Positions 28,501 through 42,600 of a stretch of DNA of 64,000 nucleotides are shown piece after piece; the first letter of the stretch is position 1; each line of letters begins with the position of its first letter. The position numbers and the translations under genes are program-made. The notes beneath the pieces are model-generated. The model ran no database searches and was not told the DNA's origin. It worked only from the letters and a program-made list of their open reading frames with translations. Source of the stretch: Auanema rhodensis (taxonomy: Eukaryota; Animalia; Nematoda); the NCBI GenBank assembly GCA_964057225.1, contig OZ059898.1:1178001-1242000 (forward strand), written 5' to 3'.

Positions 28501-31500
28501 TTTTCGAAAAAATTTTTGTCAAAATGTTTTTGGAAGCAATGTTGAGTGTACATGGAAACTCAACATACACTAATGCATCATTTTTCAAACGATCATAACT
28601 AATTTTAGTATTAAGCGTTTCTCAATGTGATATAGTGCATTCGATGCGGATTTTTAAGCTGCGTCGATCTGTGTTATCAGATTTGCGCTAGCTTAAAAAT
28701 GCACCGAGATATCAACTGATATAAGTTCACACTTATATCCTCGATTTTCACCCTGAAGAATTAATTTTTTCGTTGAATAACATTGTCCATCGTCTTTGCC
28801 TTGAAAAAGGAATCTAAAAACATCTACTTTTTGCTAAATTATTTTGAAATTTTTCGAAAAAATTTTTGTCAAAATGTTTTTGGAAGCAATGTTGAGTGTA
28901 CATGGAAACTCAACATACACTAATGCATCATTTTTCAAACGATCATAACTAATTTTTGTATTAAGCGTTTCTCAATGTAGTATAGTGCATTTGATGCGGA
29001 TTTTTAAGCTGCGTCGATCTGTGTTATCAGATTTGCGCTAGCTTAAAAATGCACCGAGATATCAACTGATATAAGTTCACACTTATATCCTCGATTTTCA
29101 CCCTGAAGAATTAATTTTTTCGTTGAATAACATTGTCCATCGTCTTTGCCTTGAAAAATGGAATCTAAAAACATCTACTTTTTGCTAAATTATTTTGAAA
29201 TTTTTCGAAAAAATTTTTGTCAAAATGTTTTTGGAAGCAATTTTGAGTGTACATGGAAACTCAACATACACTAATGCATCATTTTTCAAACGATCATAAC
29301 TAATTTTTGTATCAAGCGTTTCTCAATGTAGTATAGTGCATTCGATGCGGATTTTTAAGCTGCGTCGTTCTGTGTTATCAGATTTGCGCTAGCTTAAAAA
29401 TGCACCGAGATATCAACTGATATAAGTTCACACTTATATCCTCGATTTTCACCCTGAAGAATTAATTTTTTCGTTGAATAACATTGTCCATCGTCTTTGC
29501 CTTGAAAAAAGGAATCTAAAAACATCTACTTTTTGCTAAATTATTTTGAAATTTTTTGAAAAAATTTTTGTCAAAATCTTTTTGGAAGCAATGTTGAGTG
29601 TACATGGAAACTCAACATACACTAATGCATCATTTTTCAAACGATCATAACTAATTTTTGTATCAAGCGTTTCTAAATGTAGTATAGTGCATTCGATGCG
29701 GATTTTTAAGCTGCGTCGATCTGTGTTATCAGATTTGCGCTAGCTTAAAAATGCACCGAGATATCAACTGATATAAGTTCACACTTATATCCTCGATTTT
29801 CACCCTGAAGAATTAATTTTTTCGTTGAATAACATTGTCCATCGTCTTTGCCTTGAAAAAAGGAATCTAAAAACATCTACTTTTTGCTAAATTATCTTGA
29901 AATTTTTCGAAAAAATTTTTGTCAAAATGTTTTTGGAAGCAATGTTGAGTGTACATGGAAACTCAACATACACTAATGCATCATTTTTCAAACGATCATA
30001 ACTAATTTTTGTATTAAGCGTTTCTCAATGTAATATAGTGCATTCGATGCGGATTTTTAAGCTGCGTCGATCTGTGTTATCAGATTTGCGCTAGCTTAAA
30101 AATGCACCGAGATATCAACTGATATAAGTTCACACTTATATCCTCGATTTTCACCCTGAAGAATTAATTTTTTCGTTGAATAACATTGTCCATCGTCTTT
30201 GCCTTGAAAAAAGGAATCTAAAAACATCTACTTTTTGCTAAATTATTTTGAAATTTTTCGAAAAAATTTTTGTCAAAATGTTTTTGGAAGCAATGTTGAG
30301 TGTACATGGAAACTCAACATACACTAATGCATCATTTTTCAAACGATCATAACTAATTTTAGTATTAAGCGTTTCTCAATGTGATATAGTGCATTCGATG
30401 CGGATTTTTAAGCTGCGTCGATCTGTGTTATCAGATTTGCGCTAGCTTAAAAATGCACCGAGATATCAACTGATATAAGTTCACACATATATACTCGATT
30501 TTCACCCTGAAGAATTAATTTTTTCGTTGAATAACATTGTCCATCGTCTTTGCCTTGAAAAATGGAATCTAAAAACATCTACTTTTTGCTGAATTATTTT
30601 GAAATTTTTCGAAAAAATTTTTGTCAAAATGTTTTTGGAAGCAATGTTGAGTGTACATGGAAACTCAACATACACTAATGCATCATTTTTCAAACGATCA
30701 TAACTAATTTTTGTATCAAGCGTTTCTAAATGTAGTATAGTGCATTCGATGCGGATTTTTAAGCTGCGTCGATCTGTGTTATCAGATTTGCGCTAGCTTA
30801 AAAATGCACCGAGATATCAACTGATATAAGTTCACACTTATATCCTCGATTTTCACCCTGAAGAATTAATTTTTTCGTTGAATAACATTGTCCATCGTCT
30901 TTGCCTTGAAAAAAGGAATCTAAAAACATCTACTTTTTGCTAAATTATTTTGAAATTTTTCGAAAAAATTTTTGTCAAAATGTTTTTGGAAGCAATGTTG
31001 AGTGTACATGGAAACTCAACATACACTAATGCATCATTTTTCAAACGATCATAACTAATTTTAGTATTAAGCGTTTCTCAATGTGATATAGTGCATTCGA
31101 TGCGGATTTTTAAGCTGCGTCGATCTGTGTTATCAGATTTGCGCTAGCTTAAAAATGCACCGAGATATCAACTGATATAAGTTCACACATATATACTCGA
31201 TTTTCACCCTGAAGAATTAATTTTTTCGTTGAATAACATTGTCCATCGTCTTTGCCTTGAAAAATGGAATCTAAAAACATCTACTTTTTGCTGAATTATT
31301 TTGAAATTTTTCGAAAAAATTTTTGTCAAAATGTTTTTGGAAGCAATGTTGAGTGTACATGGAAACTCAACATACACTAATGCATCATTTTTCAAACGAT
31401 CATAACTAATTTTTGTATTAAGCGTTTCTCAATGTAGTATAGTGCATTTGATGCGGATTTTTAAGCTGCGTCGATCTGTGTTATCAGATTTGCGCTAGCT

Positions 31501-33683
31501 TAAAAATGCACCGAGATATCAACTGATATAAGTTCACACTTATATCCTCGATTTTCACCCTGAAGAATTAATTTTTTCGTTGAATAACATTGTCCATCGT
31601 CTTTGCCTTGAAAAATGGAATCTAAAAACATCTACTTTTTGCTAAATTATTTTGAAATTTTTCGAAAAAATTTTTGTCAAAATGTTTTTGGAAGCAATGT
31701 TGAGTGTACATGGAAACTCAACATACACTAATGCATCATTTTTCAAACGATCATAACTAATTTTTATATCAAGCGTTTCTCAATGTAGTATAGTGCATTC
31801 GATGCGGATTTTTAAGCTGCGTCGATCTGTGTTATCAGATTTGCGCTAGCTTAAAAATGCACCGAGATATCAACTGATATAAGTTCACACTTATATCCTC
31901 GATTTTCACCCTGAAGAATTAATTTTTTCGTTGAATAACATTGTCCATCGTCTTTGCCTTGAAAAAAGGAATCTAAAAACATCAACTTTTTGCTAAATTA
32001 TCTTGAAATTTTTCGAAAAAATTTTTGTCAAAATGTTTTTGGAAGCAATGTTGAGTGTACATGGAAACTCAACATACACTAATGCATCATTTTTCAAACG
32101 ATCATAACTAATTTTTGTATTAAGCGTTTCTCAATGTAATATAGTGCATTCGATGCGGATTTTTAAGCTGCGTCGATCTGTGTTATCAGATTTGCGCTAG
32201 CTTAAAAATGCACCGAGATATCAACTGATATAAGTTCACACTTATATCCTCGATTTTCACCCTGAAGAATTAATTTTTTCGTTGAATAACATTGTCCATC
32301 GTCTTTGCCTTGAAAAAAGGAATCTAAAAACATCTACTTTTTGCTAAATTATTTTGAAATTTTTCGAAAAAATTTTTGTCAAAATGTTTTTGGAAGCAAT
32401 GTTGAGTGTACATGGAAACTCAACATACACTAATGCATCATTTTTCAAACGATCATAACTAATTTTTGTATCAAGCGTTTCTTAATGTAGTGTAGTGCAT
32501 TCGATGCGGATTTTTAAGCTGCGTCGATCTGTGTTATCAGATTTGCGCTAGCTTAAAAATGCACCGAGATATCAACTGATATAAGTTCACACATATATAC
32601 TCGATTTTCACCCTGAAGAATTAATTTTTTCGTTGAATAACATTGTCCATCGTCTTTGCCTTAAAAAAGGAATCTAAAAACATCTACTTTTTGCTAAATT
32701 ATTTTGAAATTTTTCGAAAAAATTTTTGTCAAAATGTTTTTGGAAGCAATGTTGAGTGTACATGGAAACTCAACATACACTAATGCATCATTTTTCAAAC
32801 GATCATAACTAATTTTTGTATTAAGCGTTTCTCAATGTAGTATAGTGCATTTGATGCGGATTTTTAAGCTGCGTCGATCTGTGTTATCAGATTTGCGCTA
32901 GCTTAAAAATGCACCGAGATATCAACTGATATAAGTTCACACTTATATCCTCGATTTTCACCCTGAAGAATTAATTTTTTCGTTGAATAACATTGTCCAT
33001 CGTCTTTGCCTTGAAAAATGGAATCTAAAAACATCTACTTTTTGCTAAATTATTTTGAAATTTTTCGAAAAAATTTTTGTCAAAATGTTTTTGGAAGCAA
33101 TGTTGAGTGTACATGGAAACTCAACATACACTAATGCATCATTTTTCAAACGATCATAACTAATTTTTGTATCAAGCGTTTCTCAATGTAGTATAGTGCA
33201 TTCGATGCGGATTTTTAAGCTGCGTCGATCTGTGTTATCAGATTTGCGCTAGCTTAAAAATGCACCGAGATATCAACTGATATAAGTTCACACTTATATC
33301 TTCGATTTTCACCCTGAAGAATTAATTTTTTCGTTGAATAACATTGTCCATCGTCTTTGCCTTGAAAAATGGAATCTAAAAACATCTACTTTTTGCTGAA
33401 TTATTTTGAAATTTTTCGAAAAAATTTTTGTCAAAATGTTTTTGGAAGCAATGTTGAGTGTACATGGAAACTCAACATACACTAATGCATCATTTTTCAA
33501 ACGATCATAACTAATTTTAGTATTAAGCGTTTCTCAATGTAATATAGTGCATTCGATGCGGATTTTTAAGCTGCGTCGATCTGTGTTATCAGATTTGCGC
33601 TAGCTTAAAAATGCACCGAGATATCAACTGATATAAGTTCACACTTATATCCTCGATTTTCACCCTGAAGAATTAATTTTTTC
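19600..33683. repeat. Sub-array marked by 350-bp monomers and the variants CACATATATACTCG, TTTTAGTATT, AATGTGATAT, GTGCAATCG, GCTGAATT
   Basis: These variants are concentrated here. 350-bp units start at 20008, 20358, 22112, 23164, 23865, 25268, 26320, 27021, 27371, 27721, 28422, 28772 and 32632. Confidence 0.85.
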
Positions 33684-36600
33684 GTTGAATAACATTGTCC
33701 ATCGTCTTTGCCTTGAAAAAGGAATCTAAAAACATCTACTTTTTGCTAAATTATTTTGAAATTTTTCGAAAAAATTTTTGTCAAAATGTTTTTGGAAGCA
33801 ATGTTGAGTGTACATGGAAACTCAACATACACTAATGCATCATTTTTCAAACGATCATAACTAATTTTTGTATTAAGCGTTTCTCAATGTAGTATAGTGC
33901 ATTTGATGCGGATTTTTAAGCTGCGTCGATCTGTGTTATCAGATTTGCGCTAGCTTCAAAATGCACCGAGATATCAACTGATATAAGTTCACACTTATAT
34001 CCTCGATTTTCACCCTGAAGAATTAATTTTTTCGTTGAATAACATTGTCCATCGTCTTTGCCTTGAAAAATGGAATCTAAAAACATCTACTTTTTGCTAA
34101 ATTATTTTGAAATTTTTCGAAAAAATTTTTGTCAAAATGTTTTTGGAAGCAATGTTGAGTGTACATGGAAACTCAACATACACTAATGCATCATTTTTCA
34201 AACGATCATAACTAATTTTTGTATCAAGCGTTTCTCAATGTAGTATAGTGCATTCGATGCGGATTTTTAAGCTGCGTCGATCTGTGTTATCAGATTTGCG
34301 CTAGCTTAAAAATGCACCGAGATATCAACTGATATAAGTTCACACTTATATCCTCGATTTTCACCCTGAAGAATTAATTTTTTCGTTGAATAACATTGTC
34401 CATCGTCTTTGCCTTGAAAAATGGAATCTAAAAACATCTACTTTTTGCTAAATTATTTTGAAATTTTTCGAAAAAAGTTTTGTCAAAATGTTTTTGGAAG
34501 CAATGTTGAGTGTACATGGAAACTCAACATACACTAATGCATCATTTTTCAAACGATCATAACTAATTTTTGTATTAAGCGTTTCTCAATGTAGTATAGT
34601 GCATTCGATGTGGATTTTTTAGCTGCGTGGATCTGTGATATCAGATTTGCGCTAGCTTAAAAATGCACCGAGATATCAACTGATATAAGTTCACACTTAT
34701 ATCCTCGATTTTCACCCTGAAGAATTAATTTTTTAGTTGAATAACATTGTCCATCGTCTTTGCCTTGAAAAATGGAATCTAAAAACATCTACTTTTTGCT
34801 AAATTATTTTGAAATTTTTCGAAAAAATTTTTGTCAAAATGTTTTTGGTAGCAATGTTGAGTGTACATGGAAACTCAACATACACTAATGCATCATTTTT
34901 CAAACGATCATAACTAATTTTTGTATTAAGCGTTTCTCAATGTAGTATAGTGCATTCGATGCGGATTTTTAAGCTGCGTCGATCTGTGTTATCAGATTTG
35001 CGCTAGCTTAAAAATGCACCGAGATATCAACTGATATAAGTTCACACTTATATCCTCGATTTTAACCCTGAAGAATTAATTTTTTCGTTGAATAACATTG
35101 TCCATCGTCTTTGCCTTGAAAAAAGGAATTTAAAAACATCTACTTTTTGCTAAATTATTTTGAAATTTTTCGAAAAAAGTTTTGTCAAAATGTTTTTGGA
35201 AGCAATGTTGAGTGTACATGGAAACTCAACATACACTAATGCATCATTTTTCAAACGATCATAACTAATTTTTGTATTAAGCGTTTCTCAATGTAATATA
35301 GTGCATTCGATGCGGATTTTTAAGCTGCGTCGATCTGTGTTATCAGATTTGCGCTAGCTTAAAAATGCACCGAGATATCAACTGATATAAGTTCACACTT
35401 ATATCCTCGATTTTCACCCTGAAGAATTAATTTTTTCGTTGAATAACATTGTCCATCGTCTTTGCCTTGAAAAAGGAATCTAAAAACATCTACTTTTTGC
35501 TAAATTATTTTGAAATTTTTCGAAAAAATTTTTGTCAAAATGTTTTTGGAAGCAATGTTGAGTGTACATGGAAACTCAACATACACTAATGCATCATTTT
35601 TCAAACGATCATAACTAATTTTTGTATTAAGCGTTTCTCAATGTAGTATAGTGCATTTGATGCGGATTTTTAAGCTGCGTCGATCTGTGTTATCAGATTT
35701 GCGCTAGCTTCAAAATGCACCGAGATATCAACTGATATAAGTTCACACTTATATCCTCGATTTTCACCCTGAAGAATTAATTTTTTCGTTGAATAACATT
35801 GTCCATCGTCTTTGCCTTGAAAAATGGAATCTAAAAACATCTACTTTTTGCTAAATTATTTTGAAATTTTTCGAAAAAATTTTTGTCAAAATGTTTTTGG
35901 AAGCAATGTTGAGTGTACATGGAAACTCAACATACACTAATGCATCATTTTTCAAACGATCATAACTAATTTTTGTATCAAGCGTTTCTCAATGTAGTAT
36001 AGTGCATTCGATGCGGATTTTTAAGCTGCGTCGATCTGTGTTATCAGATTTGCGCTAGCTTAAAAATGCACCGAGATATCAACTGATATAAGTTCACACT
36101 TATATCCTCGATTTTCACCCTGAAGAATTAATTTTTTCGTTGAATAACATTGTCCATCGTCTTTGTCTTGAAAAATGGAATCTAAAAACATCTACTTTTT
36201 GCTAAATTATTTTGAAATTTTTCGAAAAAAGTTTTGTCAAAATGTTTTTGGAAGCAATGTTGAGTGTACATGGAAACTCAACATACACTAATGCATCATT
36301 TTTCAAACGATCATAACTAATTTTTGTATTAAGCGTTTCTCAATGTAGTATAGTGCATTCGATGTGGATTTTTTAGCTGCGTGGATCTGTGATATCAGAT
36401 TTGCGCTAGCTTAAAAATGCACCGAGATATCAACTGATATAAGTTCACACTTATATCCTCGATTTTCACCCTGAAGAATTAATTTTTTAGTTGAATAACA
36501 TTGTCCATCGTCTTTGCCTTGAAAAATGGAATCTAAAAACATCTACTTTTTGCTAAATTATTTTGAAATTTTTCGAAAAAATTTTTGTCAAAATGTTTTT

Positions 36601-39600
36601 GGTAGCAATGTTGAGTGTACATGGAAACTCAACATACACTAATGCATCATTTTTCAAACGATCATAACTAATTTTTGTATTAAGCGTTTCTCAATGTAGT
36701 ATAGTGCATTCGATGCGGATTTTTAAGCTGCGTCGATCTGTGTTATCAGATTTGCGCTAGCTTAAAAATGCACCGAGATATCAACTGATATAAGTTCACA
36801 CTTATATCCTCGATTTTAACCCTGAAGAATTAATTTTTTCGTTGAATAACATTGTCCATCGTCTTTGCCTTGAAAAAAGGAATTTAAAAACATCTACTTT
36901 TTGCTAAATTATTTTGAAATTTTTCGAAAAAAGTTTTGTCAAAATGTTTTTGGAAGCAATGTTGAGTGTACATGGAAACTCAACATACACTAATGCATCA
37001 TTTTTCAAACGATCATAACTAATTTTTGTATTAAGCGTTTCTCAATGTAGTATAGTGCATTCGATGTGGATTTTTTAGCTGCGTGGATCTGTGATATCAG
37101 ATTTGCGCTAGCTTAAAAATGCACCGAGATATCAACTGATATAAGTTCACACTTATATCCTCGATTTTCACCCTGAAGAATTAATTTTTTAGTTGAATAA
37201 CATTGTCCATCGTCTTTGCCTTGAAAAATGGAATCTAAAAACATCTACTTTTTGCTAAATTATTTTGAAATTTTTCGAAAAAATTTTTGTCAAAATGTTT
37301 TTGGTAGCAATGTTGAGTGTACATGGAAACTCAACATACACTAATGCATCATTTTTCAAACGATCATAACTAATTTTTGTATTAAGCGTTTCTCAATGTA
37401 GTATAGTGCATTCGATGCGGATTTTTAAGCTGCGTCGATCTGTGTTATCAGATTTGCGCTAGCTTAAAAATGCACCGAGATATCAACTGATATAAGTTCA
37501 CACTTATATCCTCGATTTTAACCCTGAAGAATTAATTTTTTCGTTGAATAACATTGTCCATCGTCTTTGCCTTGAAAAAAGGAATTTAAAAACATCTACT
37601 TTTTGCTAAATTATTTTGAAATTTTTCGAAAAAAGTTTTGTCAAAATGTTTTTGGAAGCAATGTTGAGTGTACATGGAAACTCAACATACACTAATGCAT
37701 CATTTTTCAAACGATCATAACTAATTTTTGTATTAAGCGTTTCTCAATGTAATATAGTGCATTCGATGCGGATTTTTAAGCTGCGTCGATCTGTGTTATC
37801 AGATTTGCGCTAGCTTAAAAATGCACCGAGATATCAACTGATATAAGTTCACACTTATATCCTCGATTTTCACCCTGAAGAATTAATTTTTTCGTTGAAT
37901 AACATTGTCCATCGTCTTTGCCTTGAAAAAGGAATCTAAAAACATCTACTTTTTGCTAAATTATTTTGAAATTTTTCGAAAAAATTTTTGTCAAAATGTT
38001 TTTGGAAGCAATGTTGAGTGTACATGGAAACTCAACATACACTAATGCATCATTTTTCAAACGATCATAACTAATTTTTGTATTAAGCGTTTCTCAATGT
38101 AGTATAGTGCATTTGATGCGGATTTTTAAGCTGCGTCGATCTGTGTTATCAGATTTGCGCTAGCTTCAAAATGCACCGAGATATCAACTGATATAAGTTC
38201 ACACTTATATCCTCGATTTTCACCCTGAAGAATTAATTTTTTCGTTGAATAACATTGTCCATCGTCTTTGCCTTGAAAAATGGAATCTAAAAACATCTAC
38301 TTTTTGCTAAATTATTTTGAAATTTTTCGAAAAAATTTTTGTCAAAATGTTTTTGGAAGCAATGTTGAGTGTACATGGAAACTCAACATACACTAATGCA
38401 TCATTTTTCAAACGATCATAACTAATTTTTGTATCAAGCGTTTCTCAATGTAGTATAGTGCATTCGATGCGGATTTTTAAGCTGCGTCGATCTGTGTTAT
38501 CAGATTTGCGCTAGCTTAAAAATGCACCGAGATATCAACTGATATAAGTTCACACTTATATCCTCGATTTTCACCCTGAAGAATTAATTTTTTCGTTGAA
38601 TAACATTGTCCATCGTCTTTGTCTTGAAAAATGGAATCTAAAAACATCTACTTTTTGCTAAATTATTTTGAAATTTTTCGAAAAAAGTTTTGTCAAAATG
38701 TTTTTGGAAGCAATGTTGAGTGTACATGGAAACTCAACATACACTAATGCATCATTTTTCAAACGATCATAACTAATTTTTGTATTAAGCGTTTCTCAAT
38801 GTAGTATAGTGCATTCGATGTGGATTTTTTAGCTGCGTGGATCTGTGATATCAGATTTGCGCTAGCTTAAAAATGCACCGAGATATCAACTGATATAAGT
38901 TCACACTTATATCCTCGATTTTCACCCTGAAGAATTAATTTTTTAGTTGAATAACATTGTCCATCGTCTTTGCCTTGAAAAATGGAATCTAAAAACATCT
39001 ACTTTTTGCTAAATTATTTTGAAATTTTTCGAAAAAATTTTTGTCAAAATGTTTTTGGTAGCAATGTTGAGTGTACATGGAAACTCAACATACACTAATG
39101 CATCATTTTTCAAACGATCATAACTAATTTTTGTATTAAGCGTTTCTCAATGTAGTAAAGTGCATTCGATGCGGATTTTTAAGCTGCGTCGATCTGTGTT
39201 ATCAGATTTGCGCTAGCTTAAAAATGCACCGAGATATCAACTGATATAAGTTCACACTTATATCCTCGATTTTAACCCTGAAGAATTAATTTTTTCGTTG
39301 AATAACATTGTCCATCGTCTTTGCCTTGAAAAAAGGAATTTAAAAACATCTACTTTTTGCTAAATTATTTTGAAATTTTTCGAAAAAAGTTTTGTCAAAA
39401 TGTTTTTGGAAGCAATGTTGAGTGTACATGGAAACTCAACATACACTAATGCATCATTTTTCAAACGATCATAACTAATTTTTGTATTAAGCGTTTCTCA
39501 ATGTAATATAGTGCATTCGATGCGGATTTTTAAGCTGCGTCGATCTGTGTTATCAGATTTGCGCTAGCTTAAAAATGCACCGAGATATCAACTGATATAA

Positions 39601-39647
39601 GTTCACACTTATATCCTCGATTTTCACCCTGAAGAATTAATTTTTTT
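33684..39647. repeat. Higher-order repeat: 5-mer unit (1754 bp), three copies, the second expanded to 7 monomers
   Basis: GCTTCAAA variant at 33957, 35711, 38167 (spacings 1754, 2456). GATGTGG variant at 34611, 36365, 37067, 38821. TTGGTAGC variant at 34849, 36603, 37305, 39059. Confidence 0.92.
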
Positions 39648-42600
39648 GTTGAATAACATTGTCCATCGTCTTTGCCTTGAAAAAGGAATCTAAAAACATC
39701 TACTTTTTGCTAAATTATTTTGAAATTTTTCGAAAAAATTTTTGTCAAAATGTTTTTGGAAGCAATGTTGAGTGTACATGGAAACTCAACATACACTAAT
39801 GCATCATTTTTCAAACGATCATAACTAATTTTTGTATTAAGCGTTTCTCAATGTAGTATAGTGCATTTGATGCGGATTTTTAAGCTGCGTTGATCTGTGT
39901 TATCAGATTTGCGCTAGCTTAAAAATGCACCGAGATATCAACTGATATAAGTTCACACTTATATCCTCGATTTTCACCCTGAAGAATTAATTTTTTCGTT
40001 GAATAACATTGTCCATCGTCTTTGCCTTGAAAAATGGAATCTAAAAACATCTACTTTTTGCTAAATTATTTTGAAATTTTTCGAAAAAATTTTTGTCAAA
40101 ATGTTTTTGGAAGCAATGTTGAGTGTACATGGAAACTCAACATACACTAATGCATCATTTTTCAAACGATCATAACTAATTTTTGTATCAAGCGTTTCTC
40201 AATGTAGTATAGTGCATTCGATGCGGATTTTTAAGCTGCGTCGATCTGTGTTATCAGATTTGCGCTAGCTTAAAAATGCACCGAGATTTCAACTGATATA
40301 AGTTTACACTTATATCCTCGATTTTAACCCTGAAGAATTAATTTTTTCGTTGAATAACATTGTCCATCGTCTTTGCCTTGAAAAATGGAATTTAAAAACA
40401 TCTACTTTTTGCTAAATTATTTTGAAATTTTTCGAAAAAAGTTTTGTCAAAATGTTTTTGGAAGCAATGTTGAGTGTACATGGAAACTCAACATACACTA
40501 ATGCATCATTTTTCAAACGATCATAACTAATTTTTGTATCAAGCGTTTCTCAATGTAGTATAGTGCATTCGATGCGGATTTTTAAACTGCGTCGATCTGT
40601 GTTATCAGATTTGCGCTAGCTTAAAAATGCACCGAGATATCAACTGATATAAGTTCACACTTATATCCTCGATTTTCACCCTGAAGAATTAATTTTTTCG
40701 TTGAATAACATTGTCCATCGTCTTTGCCTTGAAAAAAGGAATTTAAAAACATCTACTTTTTGCTAAATTATTTTGAAATTTTTCGAAAAAAGTTTTGTCA
40801 AAATGTTTTTGGAAGCAATGTTGAGTGTACATGGAAACTCAACATACACTAATGCATCATTTTTCAAACGATCATAACTAATTTTTGTTTTAAGCGTTTC
40901 TCAATGTAGTATAGTGCATTCGATGTGGATTTTTTAGCTGCGTGGATCTGTGATATCAGATTTGCGCTAGCTTAAAAATGCACCGAGATATCAACTGATA
41001 TAAGTTCACACTTATATCCTCGATTTTCACCCTGAAGAATTAATTTTTTAGTTGAATAACATTGTCCATCGTCTTTGCCTTGAAAAATGGAATCTAAAAA
41101 CATCTACTTTTTGCTAAATTATTTTGAAATTTTTCGAAAAAATTTTTGTCAAAATGTTTTTGGTAGCAATGTTGAGTGTACATGGAAACTCAACATACAC
41201 TAATGCATCATTTTTCAAACGATCATAACTAATTTTTGTATTAAGCGTTTCTCAATGTAGTATAGTGCATTCGATGTGGATTTTTTAGCTGCGTGGATCT
41301 GTGATATCAGATTTGCGCTAGCTTAAAAATGCACCGAGATATCAACTGATATAAGTTCACACTTATATCCTCGATTTTCACCCTGAAGAATTAATTTTTT
41401 AGTTGAATAACATTGTCCATCGTCTTTGCCTTGAAAAATGGAATCTAAAAACATCTACTTTTTGCTAAATTATTTTGAAATTTTTCGAAAAAATTTTTGT
41501 CAAAATGTTTTTGGTAGCAATGTTGAGTGTACATGGAAACTCAACATACACTAATGCATCATTTTTCAAACGATCATAACTAATTTTTGTATTAAGCGTT
41601 TCTCAATGTAGTATAGTGCATTCGATGCGGATTTTTAAGCTGCGTCGATCTGTGTTATCAGATTTGCGCTAGCTTAAAAATGCACCGAGATATCAACTGA
41701 TATAAGTTTACACTTATATCCTCGATTTTCACCCTGAAGAATTAATTTTTTCGTTGAATAACATTGTCCATCGTCTTTGCCTTGAAAAATGGAATCTAAA
41801 AACATCTACTTTTTGCTAAATTATTTTGAAATTTTTCGAAAAAATTTTTGTCAAAATGTTTTTGGAAGCAATGTTGAGTGTACATGGAAACTCAACATAC
41901 ACTAATGCATCATTTTTCAAACGATCATAACTAATTTTTGTATCAAGCGTTTCTCAATGTAGTATAGTGCATTCGATGCGGATTTTTAAACTGCGTCGAT
42001 CTGTGTTATCAGATTTGCGCTAGCTTAAAAATGCACCGAGATATCAACTGATATAAGTTCACACTTATATCCTCGATTTTCACCCTGAAGAATTAATTTT
42101 TTCGTTGAATAACATTGTCCATCGTCTTTGCCTTGAAAAAAGGAATTTAAAAACATCTACTTTTTGCTAAATTATTTTGAAATTTTTCGAAAAAAGTTTT
42201 GTCAAAATGTTTTTGGAAGCAATGTTGAGTGTACATGGAAACTCAACATACACTAATGCATCATTTTTCAAACGATCATAACTAATTTTTGTATTAAGCG
42301 TTTCTCAATGTAATATAGTGCATTCGATGCGGATTTTTAAGCTGCGTCGATCTGTGTTATCAGATTTGCGCTAGCTTAAAAATGCACCGAGATAACAACT
42401 GATATAAGTTCACACTTATATCCTCGATTTTCACCCTGAAGAATTAATTTTTTCGTTGAATAACATTGTCCATCGTCTTTGCCTTGAAAAAAGGAATCTA
42501 AAAACATCTACTTTTTGCTAAATTATCTTGAAATTTTTCGAAAAAATTTTTGTCAAAATGTTTTTGGAAGCAATGTTGAGTGTACATGGAAACTCAACAT

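Noticed and set aside
1030-33500. Twenty near-identical 63-aa minus-strand ORFs (MKNDALVYVEF...)
   Set aside because: They start at TTG, not ATG, and exist only where monomer position 66 is G (TAG to CAG); most monomers have the stop. The unit at 6319 has G66 but a different stop. There is no recognisable domain. The track only maps one SNP.
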